A stretch of DNA of 60,406 bases, counting the filler. It is 6 parts of 6 records of this genome, joined end to end, with 100 filler letters (N's around TTAATTAATTAA, not from the genome) between each part and the next. Parts side by side here need not be neighbours in the genome. Positions count along the whole stretch, not along the records: positions 27,064 to 32,183 come from DRR723986_14307; positions 32,284 to 43,493 come from DRR723986_14318; 4 more parts are not named here. One strand, written 5' to 3'. Every line of letters begins with the position of its first letter. Positions within the stretch are counted from its first letter, which is position 1. The notes beneath the pieces are model-generated. The model worked only from the letters and a program-made list of their open reading frames with translations, had not been told where the DNA came from and did no database searches. Made by a program: the position numbers and the translations under genes. Of this stretch, positions 29,380 through 39,420 are shown piece after piece.

Positions 29380-30777
29380 CTAGCTTGCTTCGGCGGCGTA
29401 AGCCTCTGCAGGCATCGCGGCGCGGTCAAATTCGATAAAGAATGTCGTGCCCTTGTCCGGGTTCGGAACATAGTCGATCGAGCCGCCATGCGCTTCGACG
29501 ATCTTTTTGGAAATGTTCATGCCCAGACCGGTGCCGCCCGCGCGGCGTTGATCGGAGGAATCAAGCTGGCTGAAGCGGTCAAACACCTTTTCCTTATCGC
29601 CTGTGGCAAGGCCAATCCCCTGATCGCGAACCAGAATGCGCAGCTTGTCATCGGTGGCGACCATTGAGATATCAACCTCGCCCCCCTCAAAGGAGAACTT
29701 CGCCGCGTTGGACATGATGTTGGTCACAACCTGTTCCAGCCGCGCCTCATCCGCGTGGACATAGACATCATCGGGCATATCGCCCAGCACGTAACGCACA
29801 TTCAGCCCGTCTGCGTAGGGCTCCAGCGAAGACACGCAGCGCCGGATCACCGTATCAGCTTTGACCGTTTCAAAGGTGAACGACATCTTGCCCGATTCAA
29901 TCTGTTGCAGGTCCAGCAATTCGGCAATCAAGGCATGCAGCCGCGACGCGTTCCGCTGGGCGATGCCCAGGGCGTTTTGCAATTTGTCAGGCATCGGGCC
30001 AAGCGCACCGGCGCAGGCCAGATCAAGCGATCCTTTGACCGACGTCAGCGGCGTGCGCAATTCGTGGCTGATGGTGGCCAGAAACTCTGACTTGGAACGC
30101 AGGGCGTTCTTGGTCGTTTCATGTTCGATCTGTAGTTTCTGCAACTGCTGGCGGTTGCGCTCATAGAACTTCATGTAGATCCGCGAACAATCAATGATGA
30201 AATAGACCACAAAGATACTGGTAAAGAATTGCGCCCAAAGTTCGGAATTCAGGGGGGCGCTAGTCTGCCAGATGTCCCAGATCGGTATGAAAAGGAACGT
30301 CACACCATAGATCAGCAGTCGCATCACGATCAGTGACAGGATCTGGTGGTTGTTCATCGCCGCAAAGAGCGCTGCCGCAAACAGGAAGAACAGCGGCATG
30401 AAATGGGTGGTCGGCCCCTGCGCCAGCGAAATGGACAGGGCAAAGAACGCGATGATGCCCGCACTGACCACTGTGCCTATCTGAACCAGCATCAGACAAG
30501 TGAACGCCTCGCGGTCACTGGAATAGTCATTGAGCAGCATAATCCGGCGGAAACACATGAAATCGAAAATCTCGGACGCGATCACAAGACACAGCGTAAA
30601 GGCCGCCATCAACGGAGAGTAATAGTACGCCTCAAGCAAAAGCGCAGAGCCAAAAATGGCCTGACGCTGCCAAAACAGGCTCAATCCAGCCTTGGCATAA
30701 TCTTTCAGCTGATAGGTCAGCATCTCTGCGACGCCGTCCTGTTGCTGTGGGTCTGTTATTTGCCCGGTCTCGTACAT
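29380..30777 (-). CDS. Membrane-bound sensor histidine kinase
   Basis: Multiple TM helices; H-box ISHELRTPL; NAAKF; DQGIG; GTGLG; start codon uncertain. Confidence 0.9.
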   Translation of the reverse strand: MYETGQITDPQQQDGVAEMLTYQLKDYAKAGLSLFWQRQAIFGSALLLEAYYYSPLMAAFTLCLVIASEIFDFMCFRRIMLLNDYSSDREAFTCLMLVQIGTVVSAGIIAFFALSISLAQGPTTHFMPLFFLFAAALFAAMNNHQILSLIVMRLLIYGVTFLFIPIWDIWQTSAPLNSELWAQFFTSIFVVYFIIDCSRIYMKFYERNRQQLQKLQIEHETTKNALRSKSEFLATISHELRTPLTSVKGSLDLACAGALGPMPDKLQNALGIAQRNASRLHALIAELLDLQQIESGKMSFTFETVKADTVIRRCVSSLEPYADGLNVRYVLGDMPDDVYVHADEARLEQVVTNIMSNAAKFSFEGGEVDISMVATDDKLRILVRDQGIGLATGDKEKVFDRFSQLDSSDQRRAGGTGLGMNISKKIVEAHGGSIDYVPNPDKGTTFFIEFDRAAMPAEAYAAEAS

Positions 30778-30914
30778 TGCTGTGAGCCATTCTGTTGTTT
30801 CATAGCATGCAGACACAAAAATGGTTCTGCACATACCACTTAGCAACTAGACAAACACCAAAGTAAGGTGCAATTGTGGCGTGAATGGGGTCATGTCACT
30901 CAACTATAGGGTGA

Positions 30915-31694
30915 TTGGGCGAAGATGAGGCAACAGTTGGCGTGACTGCGGAGAAGCGGATAACTCAATATTCTAAGGCCCAAAGGGTCTTTCCTGATCT
31001 TGCGCGGCCGGAATTGCCCATAGCGAAAGGCACGTTCTCGGCACAATTGGCCGAACCTGCGCGTGGCTCAAGGCTGGGTGAGGGGCCTGTCATCGTGGAT
31101 GGCCATGTCCGGGCCAGCACAATATCGATTCACAATCTGCATCTGCACGGGGACTTGTTCACCAGCTATCTGCGTGCCCGCCATGAGACATTTATCGTGG
31201 GCCGGGGCTGGAAACTGCCCGAGGTCGACGGGATGGAATTTGACCAATATGATACCCCGCTGAGCCGCTGTGTGGTTTTGCATGAATATGGTGAGATCCT
31301 TGCGGGGATCCGGCTGACGCCGACCACGGCCCGCTGCGGTGCCTATACCTATATGATCCGCGACGCCCAGTTGGGCATGTTGCCCGACATTCCCGCGGAC
31401 CTTCTGTTTATGGAAGCGCCGGTCAAGGATCACATCTGGGAAGCCACCCGTCTGTTTGTCTCGCACAACGTCAGCTCGGACCGGCGGCTGAAGATCCAGA
31501 CGATCCTGATGCAGCAGATGGCGCTCTCCGCGCAGGAGCTCGGGATTTCCCATATCATCGGGATTGTGCCTGCCGTATTCCAGCGCTGGATGAAACGGAT
31601 CGGGATGAGCGCGTTTCCCGTGGGGCCGCTGCTGAGCATCGAAGGTGACAGAACCCAGGCCGCAATGATGCGGGTCGGTGTTCGGTCCAACTGA
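30915..31694 (+). CDS. luxI: Acyl-homoserine-lactone synthase (LuxI family)
   Basis: RARHETF...GW.LP...GMEFDQYD, GIRLTPT, WEATR; true start may lie further downstream. Confidence 0.85.
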   Translation: MGEDEATVGVTAEKRITQYSKAQRVFPDLARPELPIAKGTFSAQLAEPARGSRLGEGPVIVDGHVRASTISIHNLHLHGDLFTSYLRARHETFIVGRGWKLPEVDGMEFDQYDTPLSRCVVLHEYGEILAGIRLTPTTARCGAYTYMIRDAQLGMLPDIPADLLFMEAPVKDHIWEATRLFVSHNVSSDRRLKIQTILMQQMALSAQELGISHIIGIVPAVFQRWMKRIGMSAFPVGPLLSIEGDRTQAAMMRVGVRSN

Positions 31695-31985
31695 ACCTTC
31701 AGCCGATCAGCGCGGCGGGCTCTCTCTTATACTATATAGGCCAATACCCGTTCCGGGGCGCTGATCGGGCCAACCCGCACAGATCTGGCCTTCACCTGTC
31801 CCGATCCTGCGCGGCTTCTCTCTATATATACAATCGATTCACAAAACCGACCCATGGGGCAGGGATTTTGCGGGATTCGCAGACTGAGGGAATCAAATCA
31901 CGGCCGTCTGGGCGGATTCGGGATGACCGATGCGGTGAGTCTGGGTGATTTGAACGTGAGTCTCCCCCCAAACTGGGCATAATCC

Positions 31986-31994
31986 TGTGGATAA
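31986..31994. promoter_or_regulatory. Consensus DnaA box
   Basis: TGTGGATAA (reverse complement of TTATCCACA) in a long non-coding region. Confidence 0.55.
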
Positions 31995-32123
31995 CCCCAA
32001 TGGAACGGCTTTTCAGCCGTTTGCTCCCCTAGGGTAAAGCGCCCAATCCAATAGGTTCAGCGGAAATACGCAGAGATTAATCACGCTAACCCTCTGTATT
32101 TGCTTACTTTATACGATTATTGG

Positions 32124-32183
32124 CAAAAACTTCATTTTTCTTGCAAAAAGCGCTTGCGGGCATCGGTTCATAACTCTAGAACC
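32124..32183 (+). promoter_or_regulatory. rRNA/stable-RNA-type promoter at contig end
   Basis: A/T tracts followed by GCTTGCGG...TAGAACC, resembling Rhodobacteraceae rrn promoters; contig break here fits an adjacent multicopy operon. No rRNA sequence is visible. Confidence 0.55.
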
Positions 32184-32283
32184 NNNNNNNNNNNNNNNNN
32201 NNNNNNNNNNNNNNNNNNNNNNNNNNNTTAATTAATTAANNNNNNNNNNNNNNNNNNNNNNNNNNNNNNNNNNNNNNNNNNNN
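32184..32283. other. Artificial contig linker
   Basis: Same linker pattern. Confidence 0.99.
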
Positions 32284-33048
32284 ACCGCCGTAGGTGTCGA
32301 CGATGATCTTGCGCCCCGTGAGGCCGGCATCGCCATCCGGTCCGCCAATCACGAAGCGGCCAGTCGGGTTGATGTAGATCCGGTTATCGGGAACGGTCCA
32401 GCCGACGGGCAAGGCATGCAGGATGAACGGCAACACCGCTTCGCGCACTTCTTCCTGGCTGACATTTTCGCCGTGCTGAGTGGAAACGACCACGGCATCG
32501 ATGCCGGTCGGACGGCCGTTTTCATAGCGGAGCGTCACCTGGCTCTTGGAGTCCGGGCCAAGGCGCGGTTCGCGCCCGGATTTCCGGGCTTCGGCCATGG
32601 TGCGCAGGATCTTGTGTGACAACAGGATCGGCGCAGGCATCAGCTCCTCGGTCTCGTTGCAGGCATAGCCGAACATGATGCCCTGGTCGCCGGCCCCTTC
32701 CTCGCCCTTGTCGCCTTCATCGACACCCATGGCGATGTCGGCCGACTGACGGTGCAGGCGGTTGACCACTTCCAGCGTCTGCCAGTGGAAACCTTCCTGT
32801 TCATAGCCGATGTCGCGGACGGCTTCACGCACCAGGCTCTCGACCGTATCGAGGACCTGGTCGGGGCCACGAACTTCCCCCGCGATGGTGACGTGGTTGG
32901 TGGTGGTCAGCGTTTCACAGGCAACGCGGGCGTCAGGGTCCTGTTCCAGGAAAGCGTCCAGAATGGTGTCGGATATCCGGTCGCAGACCTTGTCCGGGTG
33001 TCCCTCGGAAACGGATTCACTGGTGAATAGCCAGGATCTTTGCGTCAT
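32284..33048 (-). CDS. metK: S-adenosylmethionine synthetase (3' truncated)
   Basis: [45 protein letters not shown]. Confidence 0.96.
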
Positions 33049-33133
33049 TGCGCGCTCCTTGTCGTTTTGGAAAGGATAGTCCTGCCCGGGGCGGTGTATG
33101 GTGTCCGGGCAGGGAGATCGGGAAGGAAGGGGA

Positions 33134-34825
33134 TCAGACAGGCTTGCGGAACAGCTGGATGCCCCAGGCCAGTTGGCCGGCGTCCGCGGCATCGACCCAG
33201 TTCATGAGCCCAAGCGCCATCTTGTCGAGATAGTCGGCGGAAGCGCCTTCGTTGCGCAGCTTGTCGTAGTTGGCGAGAAGCTCCTCGCGTACCCGGAAAT
33301 AGTGATTGCGCAGCTGCTGCGTCATGTCCCGCTGTTCGACGGTTTCAAAGCCCAGTGCTTCTGCCGTCTCGCGGTAGAAGCGCATCGACCCGAGGCTGTT
33401 GAGCTGCAGGCGGTCATAAACCGGCTGGAGAGCTTTCGGGTCGGCATCATCGGCCTGCATCGGGTCAGTGAAGATGAAATAGCCGCCCGGCTTCAGTACC
33501 CGGTGGACTTCCTGCAGCACCTTGTGGCGCTGATCGGAGTGCAGGATCGCATCCTGGCTCCAGACAATGTCGAAGCTTTCCGGCTGTTCCGGAATATCCT
33601 CGAAGACGCCGTGCTCGACGCGGATCCTGTCCTTGAAACCCTGCTGGATGTTGCGGTGCCGGTTGGTGTCGTTCTGGACGTCGGAAATGTTCAGGCAGAC
33701 CGCGCTGCAGCCACTGGCCTTGACCAGCTTGCGCATCGCGCCGCCATAACCGGAGCCGATGTCGAGAACCTTGGCATCCGCACCCAGATTGGGCAGCATG
33801 CCGGCCATCTCGTCGATGGTGAGGTCCGACGCTTCGCGAATGTTGCTGGTGTCGTCGTAAAGGCCGATGTGAAGGTCCTGGCCGCCCCAGACAAGGCTGT
33901 AGAACGTGTCGGCGTCGTCACTGTCGTAGTAGCTTTCGGCAACTTCGCGGATATCCGTTTGGCCGTCTTCAGGGCGCGCGCCACCCCAGCGAACCAGGTG
34001 CAGGCTGGATTTTTCGGCAATGTGAATGAAGAAATCCGGATCGTTTTCCGCAAAGGTCTCCTGGAAGTCACCATACGTGCGGACCCGCTCGAAGCCTGCC
34101 TCCGACAGGAGGCGGCGCATGTAGTTCTTGCGGATGGGGCACATGTTGAGCGTGTACTCGGCCCCATCGGGAAAGCTGTATTTGAAGCGGGCGAGGCCTT
34201 CGTCCATATGCACCGGTTCGGCCTTCACCTTCTTTCCGGCATAATAGTATTTGTGCTTGTTGGAATAGCCCTGATCTAGCATCGCATCGTAGTTGCGCTG
34301 ATCGATGATCAGGATGCCGTCGTGTTTGAGCGCGGCATAGAATTCGGCAAGCGCCCGGCGGCGGTCCAGTTCGTCGTGCAAGTGGGTGAAGGAATTGCCG
34401 AGGCAGATGATGGCGTCGTATTTGCCCTGAATGTCCCGGTTCAGCCAACGCCAGTCAGCCTGTACCGTCTTCAGGATCATGCCGCGTTTCTGGCCGTTCT
34501 GGAACGCCTTTGCCAGCATGGCAGCGGAGCCGTCGGCCGAAGTCACGTTAAAGCCTGCGCGGGTCAGCCGCACGGAGTGGAAGCCGGTTCCAGTTGCGAC
34601 ATCGAGCACGGTTTCCTTGCCGCGGGCGCGCAGCACGTCCATGAAGAACTGTCCCTCGCTGTCGGCGCGCGCGTCCCAGTCGATCAACTCGTCCCACTTT
34701 TCCACGAACGACATGATGTATTCGCCGCGGTAGAGATCCGTTTCCCGGTCTGCGATCGGATCCCGGCCATAAGCCTGCTCGTCCAGTTGCAATTCGGCAT
34801 TGGCGGACAGCTGTTGAGCCTGCAT
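33134..34825 (-). CDS. Fused glycine/sarcosine N-methyltransferase + sarcosine/dimethylglycine N-methyltransferase (de novo glycine betaine synthesis)
   Basis: Domain 1 [38 protein letters not shown]; domain 2 [47 protein letters not shown]. Confidence 0.9.
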   Translation of the reverse strand: MQAQQLSANAELQLDEQAYGRDPIADRETDLYRGEYIMSFVEKWDELIDWDARADSEGQFFMDVLRARGKETVLDVATGTGFHSVRLTRAGFNVTSADGSAAMLAKAFQNGQKRGMILKTVQADWRWLNRDIQGKYDAIICLGNSFTHLHDELDRRRALAEFYAALKHDGILIIDQRNYDAMLDQGYSNKHKYYYAGKKVKAEPVHMDEGLARFKYSFPDGAEYTLNMCPIRKNYMRRLLSEAGFERVRTYGDFQETFAENDPDFFIHIAEKSSLHLVRWGGARPEDGQTDIREVAESYYDSDDADTFYSLVWGGQDLHIGLYDDTSNIREASDLTIDEMAGMLPNLGADAKVLDIGSGYGGAMRKLVKASGCSAVCLNISDVQNDTNRHRNIQQGFKDRIRVEHGVFEDIPEQPESFDIVWSQDAILHSDQRHKVLQEVHRVLKPGGYFIFTDPMQADDADPKALQPVYDRLQLNSLGSMRFYRETAEALGFETVEQRDMTQQLRNHYFRVREELLANYDKLRNEGASADYLDKMALGLMNWVDAADAGQLAWGIQLFRKPV

Positions 34826-35303
34826 GGATAGCGTCTCCTTTTTAAGGCGCGCGATGCCGCACGGAACAGGCCGCAGCGTGCACGCGCTCATGCACCGCCC
34901 GGAGGTCGGGCAGCGAGCGTCGGAATGGTTCTGTTATAAGCCCGGCGGGAGGTGCATAGGTGCACTGGGCGGAATTTAGCCGACCCTTTGCGCGAAGGGT
35001 CGAGTGCCGGACTTTTCAGGAAGGCGCACACGGCAGCGAATGGGTGCTGCAGGTGCGGAAGATGGGCTGTTGGAAGCCCTGTACATCCGCTGGTGAAGCG
35101 GTGTGCGCCTTTCACTCATTGGGTGCCGGGACCTTAACAAACACCGGTTTCATTACAACAGCCGGTCTCGGAAAAATCGGGAATGAACCGAAAAGTGCTG
35201 GTTAAGCCTTTGTAATCAAATAAATCTTTTTTTTGTAAAACTTTTCTGACACATTCGTGGGCAGCACACTCCAGGCGTGCTGCCCACTGTTTTTCGGCTG
35301 CCT

Positions 35304-36095
35304 TCATGCGCCCTGATAGTCCGGCATGCGCCGCTCGATCCATCCGGTGAGGCCCTCGTGAACGTCCCGCGTGGCTGCCATGCGTGCAAACTGCTCCTGT
35401 TCGATCCGCAGGCCTTCGGAAATGGTCGTGTTGAGCCCGCGCGTGACGGCAGTCAGGATCCTGGAAGCAGCCAGCGGCGAGTGACGAAGGATGCGCTCTG
35501 CGAGGGCAAAGGCCGCCTCCAGTTCGCTGCCGTCGGTGACGACCTGGTTGACCAGTCCGAGCTCATGAGCTTTGTGCGCGGAAAAGCTGTCACCGGTGAG
35601 AAGCAGTTCCAGGGCCCGTTTGCGGCCTGCAAGGCGCGGCAGACGCTGCGTGCCGCCGAAGGTCGGCGGGATGCCGATATTGATTTCCGGTTTGGCAAAG
35701 AGTGCGCTTTCGCAGGCGACGGCAAGATGAACCGCTTCGGTGATCTCGCAACCGCCGCCGTAGGCCAGACCATTGACAGCGGCGATGACCGGCTTGGGAA
35801 AGTTTTCCAGGCGCGCGGTCATGCGCTGGCCCCGCTGGCAAAATTCGCGTACCGCGACGTCGATGCCCTCCGCGATGGTGCGCGAAAACTCGTGAATGTC
35901 GCCACCTGCCGAAAAGGCGCGCCTGCCTGCGCCGGTGATGACGACAGCACGAATGCCGTCGTCCGCTTCCAGTTCGTTCAGATGAGTCAGGATGAGGTCG
36001 TTCGTAGCGTAGTTGAGCGCGTTCAGCTTCTCGGGCCTGTTGAGGGTAAGCAGCGCAATAGGGCCGTGGCGGTCCAGAAGAACAGGGGCAGTCAT
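35304..36095 (-). CDS. Enoyl-CoA hydratase/crotonase family protein
   Basis: LNRPEKLNAL, FSAGGD, AYGGGCE, PEINIG. Confidence 0.92.
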   Translation of the reverse strand: MTAPVLLDRHGPIALLTLNRPEKLNALNYATNDLILTHLNELEADDGIRAVVITGAGRRAFSAGGDIHEFSRTIAEGIDVAVREFCQRGQRMTARLENFPKPVIAAVNGLAYGGGCEITEAVHLAVACESALFAKPEINIGIPPTFGGTQRLPRLAGRKRALELLLTGDSFSAHKAHELGLVNQVVTDGSELEAAFALAERILRHSPLAASRILTAVTRGLNTTISEGLRIEQEQFARMAATRDVHEGLTGWIERRMPDYQGA

Positions 36096-36150
36096 GGGCT
36101 TTGTCCTTGGTTGAAAGTCGATAGAGGGACGCTAGCGACGGTGCGCATTG

Positions 36151-36176
36151 AAGTATATTCACTGGTGAGTATACTT
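36151..36176. promoter_or_regulatory. Probable TetR operator
   Basis: AAGTATATTCACT/GGTGAGTATACTT inverted repeat (11 of 13 pairs) between divergent crotonase and tetR. Confidence 0.7.
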
Positions 36177-36181
36177 GATCG

Positions 36182-36769
36182 ATGATCAAACCTGCCGAAA
36201 CAGCCAGAGAGCGGATCCTGACCGCTGCCAACAAGCTCTTCTATGCGGAGGGAATCCGTGCCGTCAGTCTCGACACGATCGCGGAGAAGGCAGGTATCAC
36301 CAAGAAGACGGTTTATTACCATTTCAAGAGCAAGGACGACCTGATCGAAGCTTATCTGGCGTCACGAGATCAGCCCAACCTCAATCAGTTCCGGAAGTGG
36401 TTTGGGGAGGCCAAAGGTGATCTGCCGGACAAGGTGGAAGCAATCTTCCGCCAGATAGCGCTTTCTGCAAGGCACCCGAAATGGAAAGGCTGCGGTTTCC
36501 TGCGAACAGCGGCGGAACTTGCCAATATGCCCGGGCACCCGGCGATGAAGGTTGGAGCCGGTCACAAGAAGAAATTCGAGGCGTGGATGGCGGAAGAATT
36601 CGAGGCTGCAGGTGTCGGCGGAGCGCCGCACCTGGCCCGCCATATCGTGTTGCTTCTGGATGGCGCGTTTTCAACCATCCTGGTCCACCGCGATCCTGCT
36701 TATGCAGAAGCTGCAGGAGAGGCGGCGCGGGCACTGGTAGCATCGGCGATGCTCAATCAGGCAGGCTGA
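36182..36769 (+). CDS. TetR family regulator
   Basis: RERILTAA..LFY..G...IAEKAGITKKTVYYHFKSKDDL. Confidence 0.93.
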   Translation: MIKPAETARERILTAANKLFYAEGIRAVSLDTIAEKAGITKKTVYYHFKSKDDLIEAYLASRDQPNLNQFRKWFGEAKGDLPDKVEAIFRQIALSARHPKWKGCGFLRTAAELANMPGHPAMKVGAGHKKKFEAWMAEEFEAAGVGGAPHLARHIVLLLDGAFSTILVHRDPAYAEAAGEAARALVASAMLNQAG

Positions 36770-36860
36770 CGATCAGTTCCGTCCCCATGAAAGCCTGGCT
36801 CCGCCAGTCTTGCTGGGACACTGGGCTTTCACTCGATCTCTTGCCTTACTGAGCCTCGGC

Positions 36861-37586
36861 CTAGAAGAACGCAGGATTGCGGGCGACGATCTGATCGACC
36901 TGCTGCAACGTGCCTGACAGATGTTCGCGGACAGCGGTTTCCGTGGCCGTTTCGTCACTTGCCTCGATACCAGCCAGGATGAGGCCGTGATATCGCAGGA
37001 TGCTGGCGGGTTTGCCGGGGTCGGGCAGGTTGAGATTGCGCAACCGGTCGATATGGCCGGAGCGCGACGCTACGAGCTGACACAGACTGGCAAGCCCGAC
37101 CGCCTTGAACAGAGACAGGTGAAAGCGTTTGTCGAAGGTGGCAAAGAGGCCAAGATCGCCCTCGGCATGTGCCGTTTCCTGAAGCTTGAGGATCTGACGG
37201 GCAGGGGCGATGGAGGATTTGTCTTCCTGTCTGGCCAGGGTGCGTGTCACCTCCAGCTCCAGCGAAAGGCGCAGGAACTGGGTTTCGCGGGCATGGTCGA
37301 CGTCGATCTTGGAGACTTCGGTCTTGGATTGCGGATAGATGGTCAGCAACCCTTCTTCTTCCAGCTTCATCATCGCATCGCGCACAGGGGTCTGGCTGAC
37401 ACCGTAGTGGCTAGCCAGATCCGTCCGCGACAGGCTGAGCCCGGGCTTGAGGTCCAGCGAGATGATCCGCGCGCGCAGCGATTCCTGGATCTGCTGGCTG
37501 ACGGAGATCCGCCGGATCCTTTCACCGCTACCGGCGTCTGCCGCCTTGTTCGGGTCGTCCAGCAACCGAGCCAGTTCAACCGTCAT
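36861..37586 (-). CDS. GntR (FCD) family regulator
   Basis: LASHYGVSQTPVRDAM..LEEEGL; FCD DKRFH. Confidence 0.9.
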   Translation of the reverse strand: MTVELARLLDDPNKAADAGSGERIRRISVSQQIQESLRARIISLDLKPGLSLSRTDLASHYGVSQTPVRDAMMKLEEEGLLTIYPQSKTEVSKIDVDHARETQFLRLSLELEVTRTLARQEDKSSIAPARQILKLQETAHAEGDLGLFATFDKRFHLSLFKAVGLASLCQLVASRSGHIDRLRNLNLPDPGKPASILRYHGLILAGIEASDETATETAVREHLSGTLQQVDQIVARNPAFF

Positions 37587-37650
37587 CGCTGATCCTCTCA
37601 TTCAAACGCACGATTCTTCTCGGGCGAAGATAGAACAGACTTGCAAGAAA

Positions 37651-37670
37651 TGCACTAATATATTAATGCA
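37651..37670. promoter_or_regulatory. Probable GntR operator
   Basis: TGCACTAATA/TATTAATGCA palindrome (9 of 10 pairs) between gntR and the TRAP operon. Confidence 0.65.
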
Positions 37671-37718
37671 TCAGATAGCGGGAGGAGGAGCTCCCCGCGC
37701 AATCGAGTGGAGGACACC

Positions 37719-38741
37719 ATGAAATTCACCGCCGCTGCCCTGGCAGCTTCGGTCTCCGTCATCGCAACAATGGCGCAGGCAGAGACCTTCAGCATTCAGA
37801 CCTCATTCAATGCAGGGGACTTTTCGACCCAGTATCTGACGGAAACCTGGCTTCCGAAAATCAAGGAAATGACCGATGGCCGGGTCGAGATCCAGCTGAC
37901 GCCGAACGGATCCGTGGTGCCGGCAAGAGAAACGCCTGATGCTGTCGCAGCCGGCGTTTTGGATGGCGACTTCACATCCGTGAACTACTTTGCAGGCCGC
38001 GAGCCTGCCTACGCCATCATGGGTGACCTCATCTCCGGTTACGACACGCCGCAGCAGATGATCGGTTTCTGCAAGGATGGCGGCGGCGAAGCCGTGATGC
38101 AGAAAGCAGCCGATGCCGTGACCGGGGGAGAAGTGCAGGTCGTTGCCTGCGGGCCTTATTCTCGCGAAGCATTGCCGGCCCGCGTACCAATCCGCACGTT
38201 CGAAGATCTGGAAGGCAAGAAGATCCGCTCTCCGGAAGGGCTTGCCGCCGCGGTCTTCCAGGCTGCCGGCGCGTCGCCGGTATCCATTCCTTTCTCCGAA
38301 GTCTACGGTGCTCTGGAAAAGGGCATTGTCGATGCAGCAGACGCCTCGGCCTACGTCAACAACGACGCGACCGGTCTGCATGACGTTGCCCCTTACCCGC
38401 TTTATCCCGGCATTCACTCCATGCCGTCGATGCAGTTCACCATCAACAAGGCGAAGTGGAATGCTTTGAGCCCGGAAGACCAGAAAGCCCTGCGCGACTG
38501 GTGGTACGAAGCCATGTTCGCAATGGCGGCTGAAGTCGACAAGAAGGACCAGGAACTGGCCGCACGGGATGGGGCTGGCGAGAAGATCGAAGTGATCAAC
38601 TGGGCCCAGGAAGATCGCGACCAACTGCGCGAGATCGCCCGGAAGGAATGGGAGAACTATGCCCAGAAGTCGGACCTTGCCAAGGAAGCGCTTGACGCGA
38701 ACCTCTCCTACATGACCGAAATCGGTCTCTTCAAGAACTAG
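37719..38741 (+). CDS. dctP: TRAP transporter substrate-binding protein
   Basis: Signal peptide AQA-E; DLEGKKIR; EVYGALEKGIVDA. Confidence 0.92.
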   Translation: MKFTAAALAASVSVIATMAQAETFSIQTSFNAGDFSTQYLTETWLPKIKEMTDGRVEIQLTPNGSVVPARETPDAVAAGVLDGDFTSVNYFAGREPAYAIMGDLISGYDTPQQMIGFCKDGGGEAVMQKAADAVTGGEVQVVACGPYSREALPARVPIRTFEDLEGKKIRSPEGLAAAVFQAAGASPVSIPFSEVYGALEKGIVDAADASAYVNNDATGLHDVAPYPLYPGIHSMPSMQFTINKAKWNALSPEDQKALRDWWYEAMFAMAAEVDKKDQELAARDGAGEKIEVINWAQEDRDQLREIARKEWENYAQKSDLAKEALDANLSYMTEIGLFKN

Positions 38742-38895
38742 GACCCGGCCAGTGATGCGTGCCCTTGCTTTCCACCTTGCAAGGTGAGGGCACGCAGCTT
38801 TCTTGCCAAAGCTCCTGTGCGCGCACAGTCTCGATGACCTGGCCTTGTGCCCGGCCGGATTCACCTGTCCGCTTCAGGTCTGCATTCAGGGAGAG

Positions 38896-39420
38896 ATGAT
38901 GAAACGCCTATTCGCGCGTTATGCCGATGTCATGGACAGTGTCAGCGTGTTCATCGGCCATGGCTGTTCCGTGCTGTTTTTCGCCTGTATCGCGGTTTCC
39001 GCGCTCGAGGTGGTGATGCGGTACGGGTTCGACAGCCCGACCGTCTGGTCGACGGAACTTGCCATGACGCTCTGTGCTTCGGCATGGGTGCTTGCGGTTG
39101 GTTATGTCACCCAGCGGCACCGCCATATTTCTATCACCATGATCGAAACGCTGGTCAGTCCACGGGTCTGGCGCGTAATGCGCCTGTTGCAGATGGTGAT
39201 TGCGGCTGGTGCGGTAATTGTCCTGACCATGGCCCTGTGGGATCCGATGCTGAAAGTTCTGAAGCGCACCGAGCACTCGGGAACCGCGCTGAACTCGATC
39301 CAGCCGACCTATCTCAAGATCCTGCTTGTTGCTGGTTGCGTTCTCTACATCCTCCAGCTTGCCGCCAACATCATTCGCTGGTGCCAGCGCACCGAAGGGG
39401 AGATCGCCGGTGGGCATTGA
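38896..39420 (+). CDS. dctQ: TRAP transporter small permease
   Basis: EVVMRYGFDSPTVWSTEL, RHISIT, four TM. Confidence 0.9.
   Translation: MMKRLFARYADVMDSVSVFIGHGCSVLFFACIAVSALEVVMRYGFDSPTVWSTELAMTLCASAWVLAVGYVTQRHRHISITMIETLVSPRVWRVMRLLQMVIAAGAVIVLTMALWDPMLKVLKRTEHSGTALNSIQPTYLKILLVAGCVLYILQLAANIIRWCQRTEGEIAGGH

Noticed and set aside
32075-32091. CtrA site TTAA-TCACG-CTAAC
   Set aside because: Spacer is 5 bp rather than the 7 bp of TTAA-N7-TTAA, and the second half-site is imperfect.
34826-34980. SAM-II/SAM-V riboswitch upstream of the methyltransferase-metK operon
   Set aside because: The expected GATTT...TTGC...GCTAAA arrangement is not present near the RBS.
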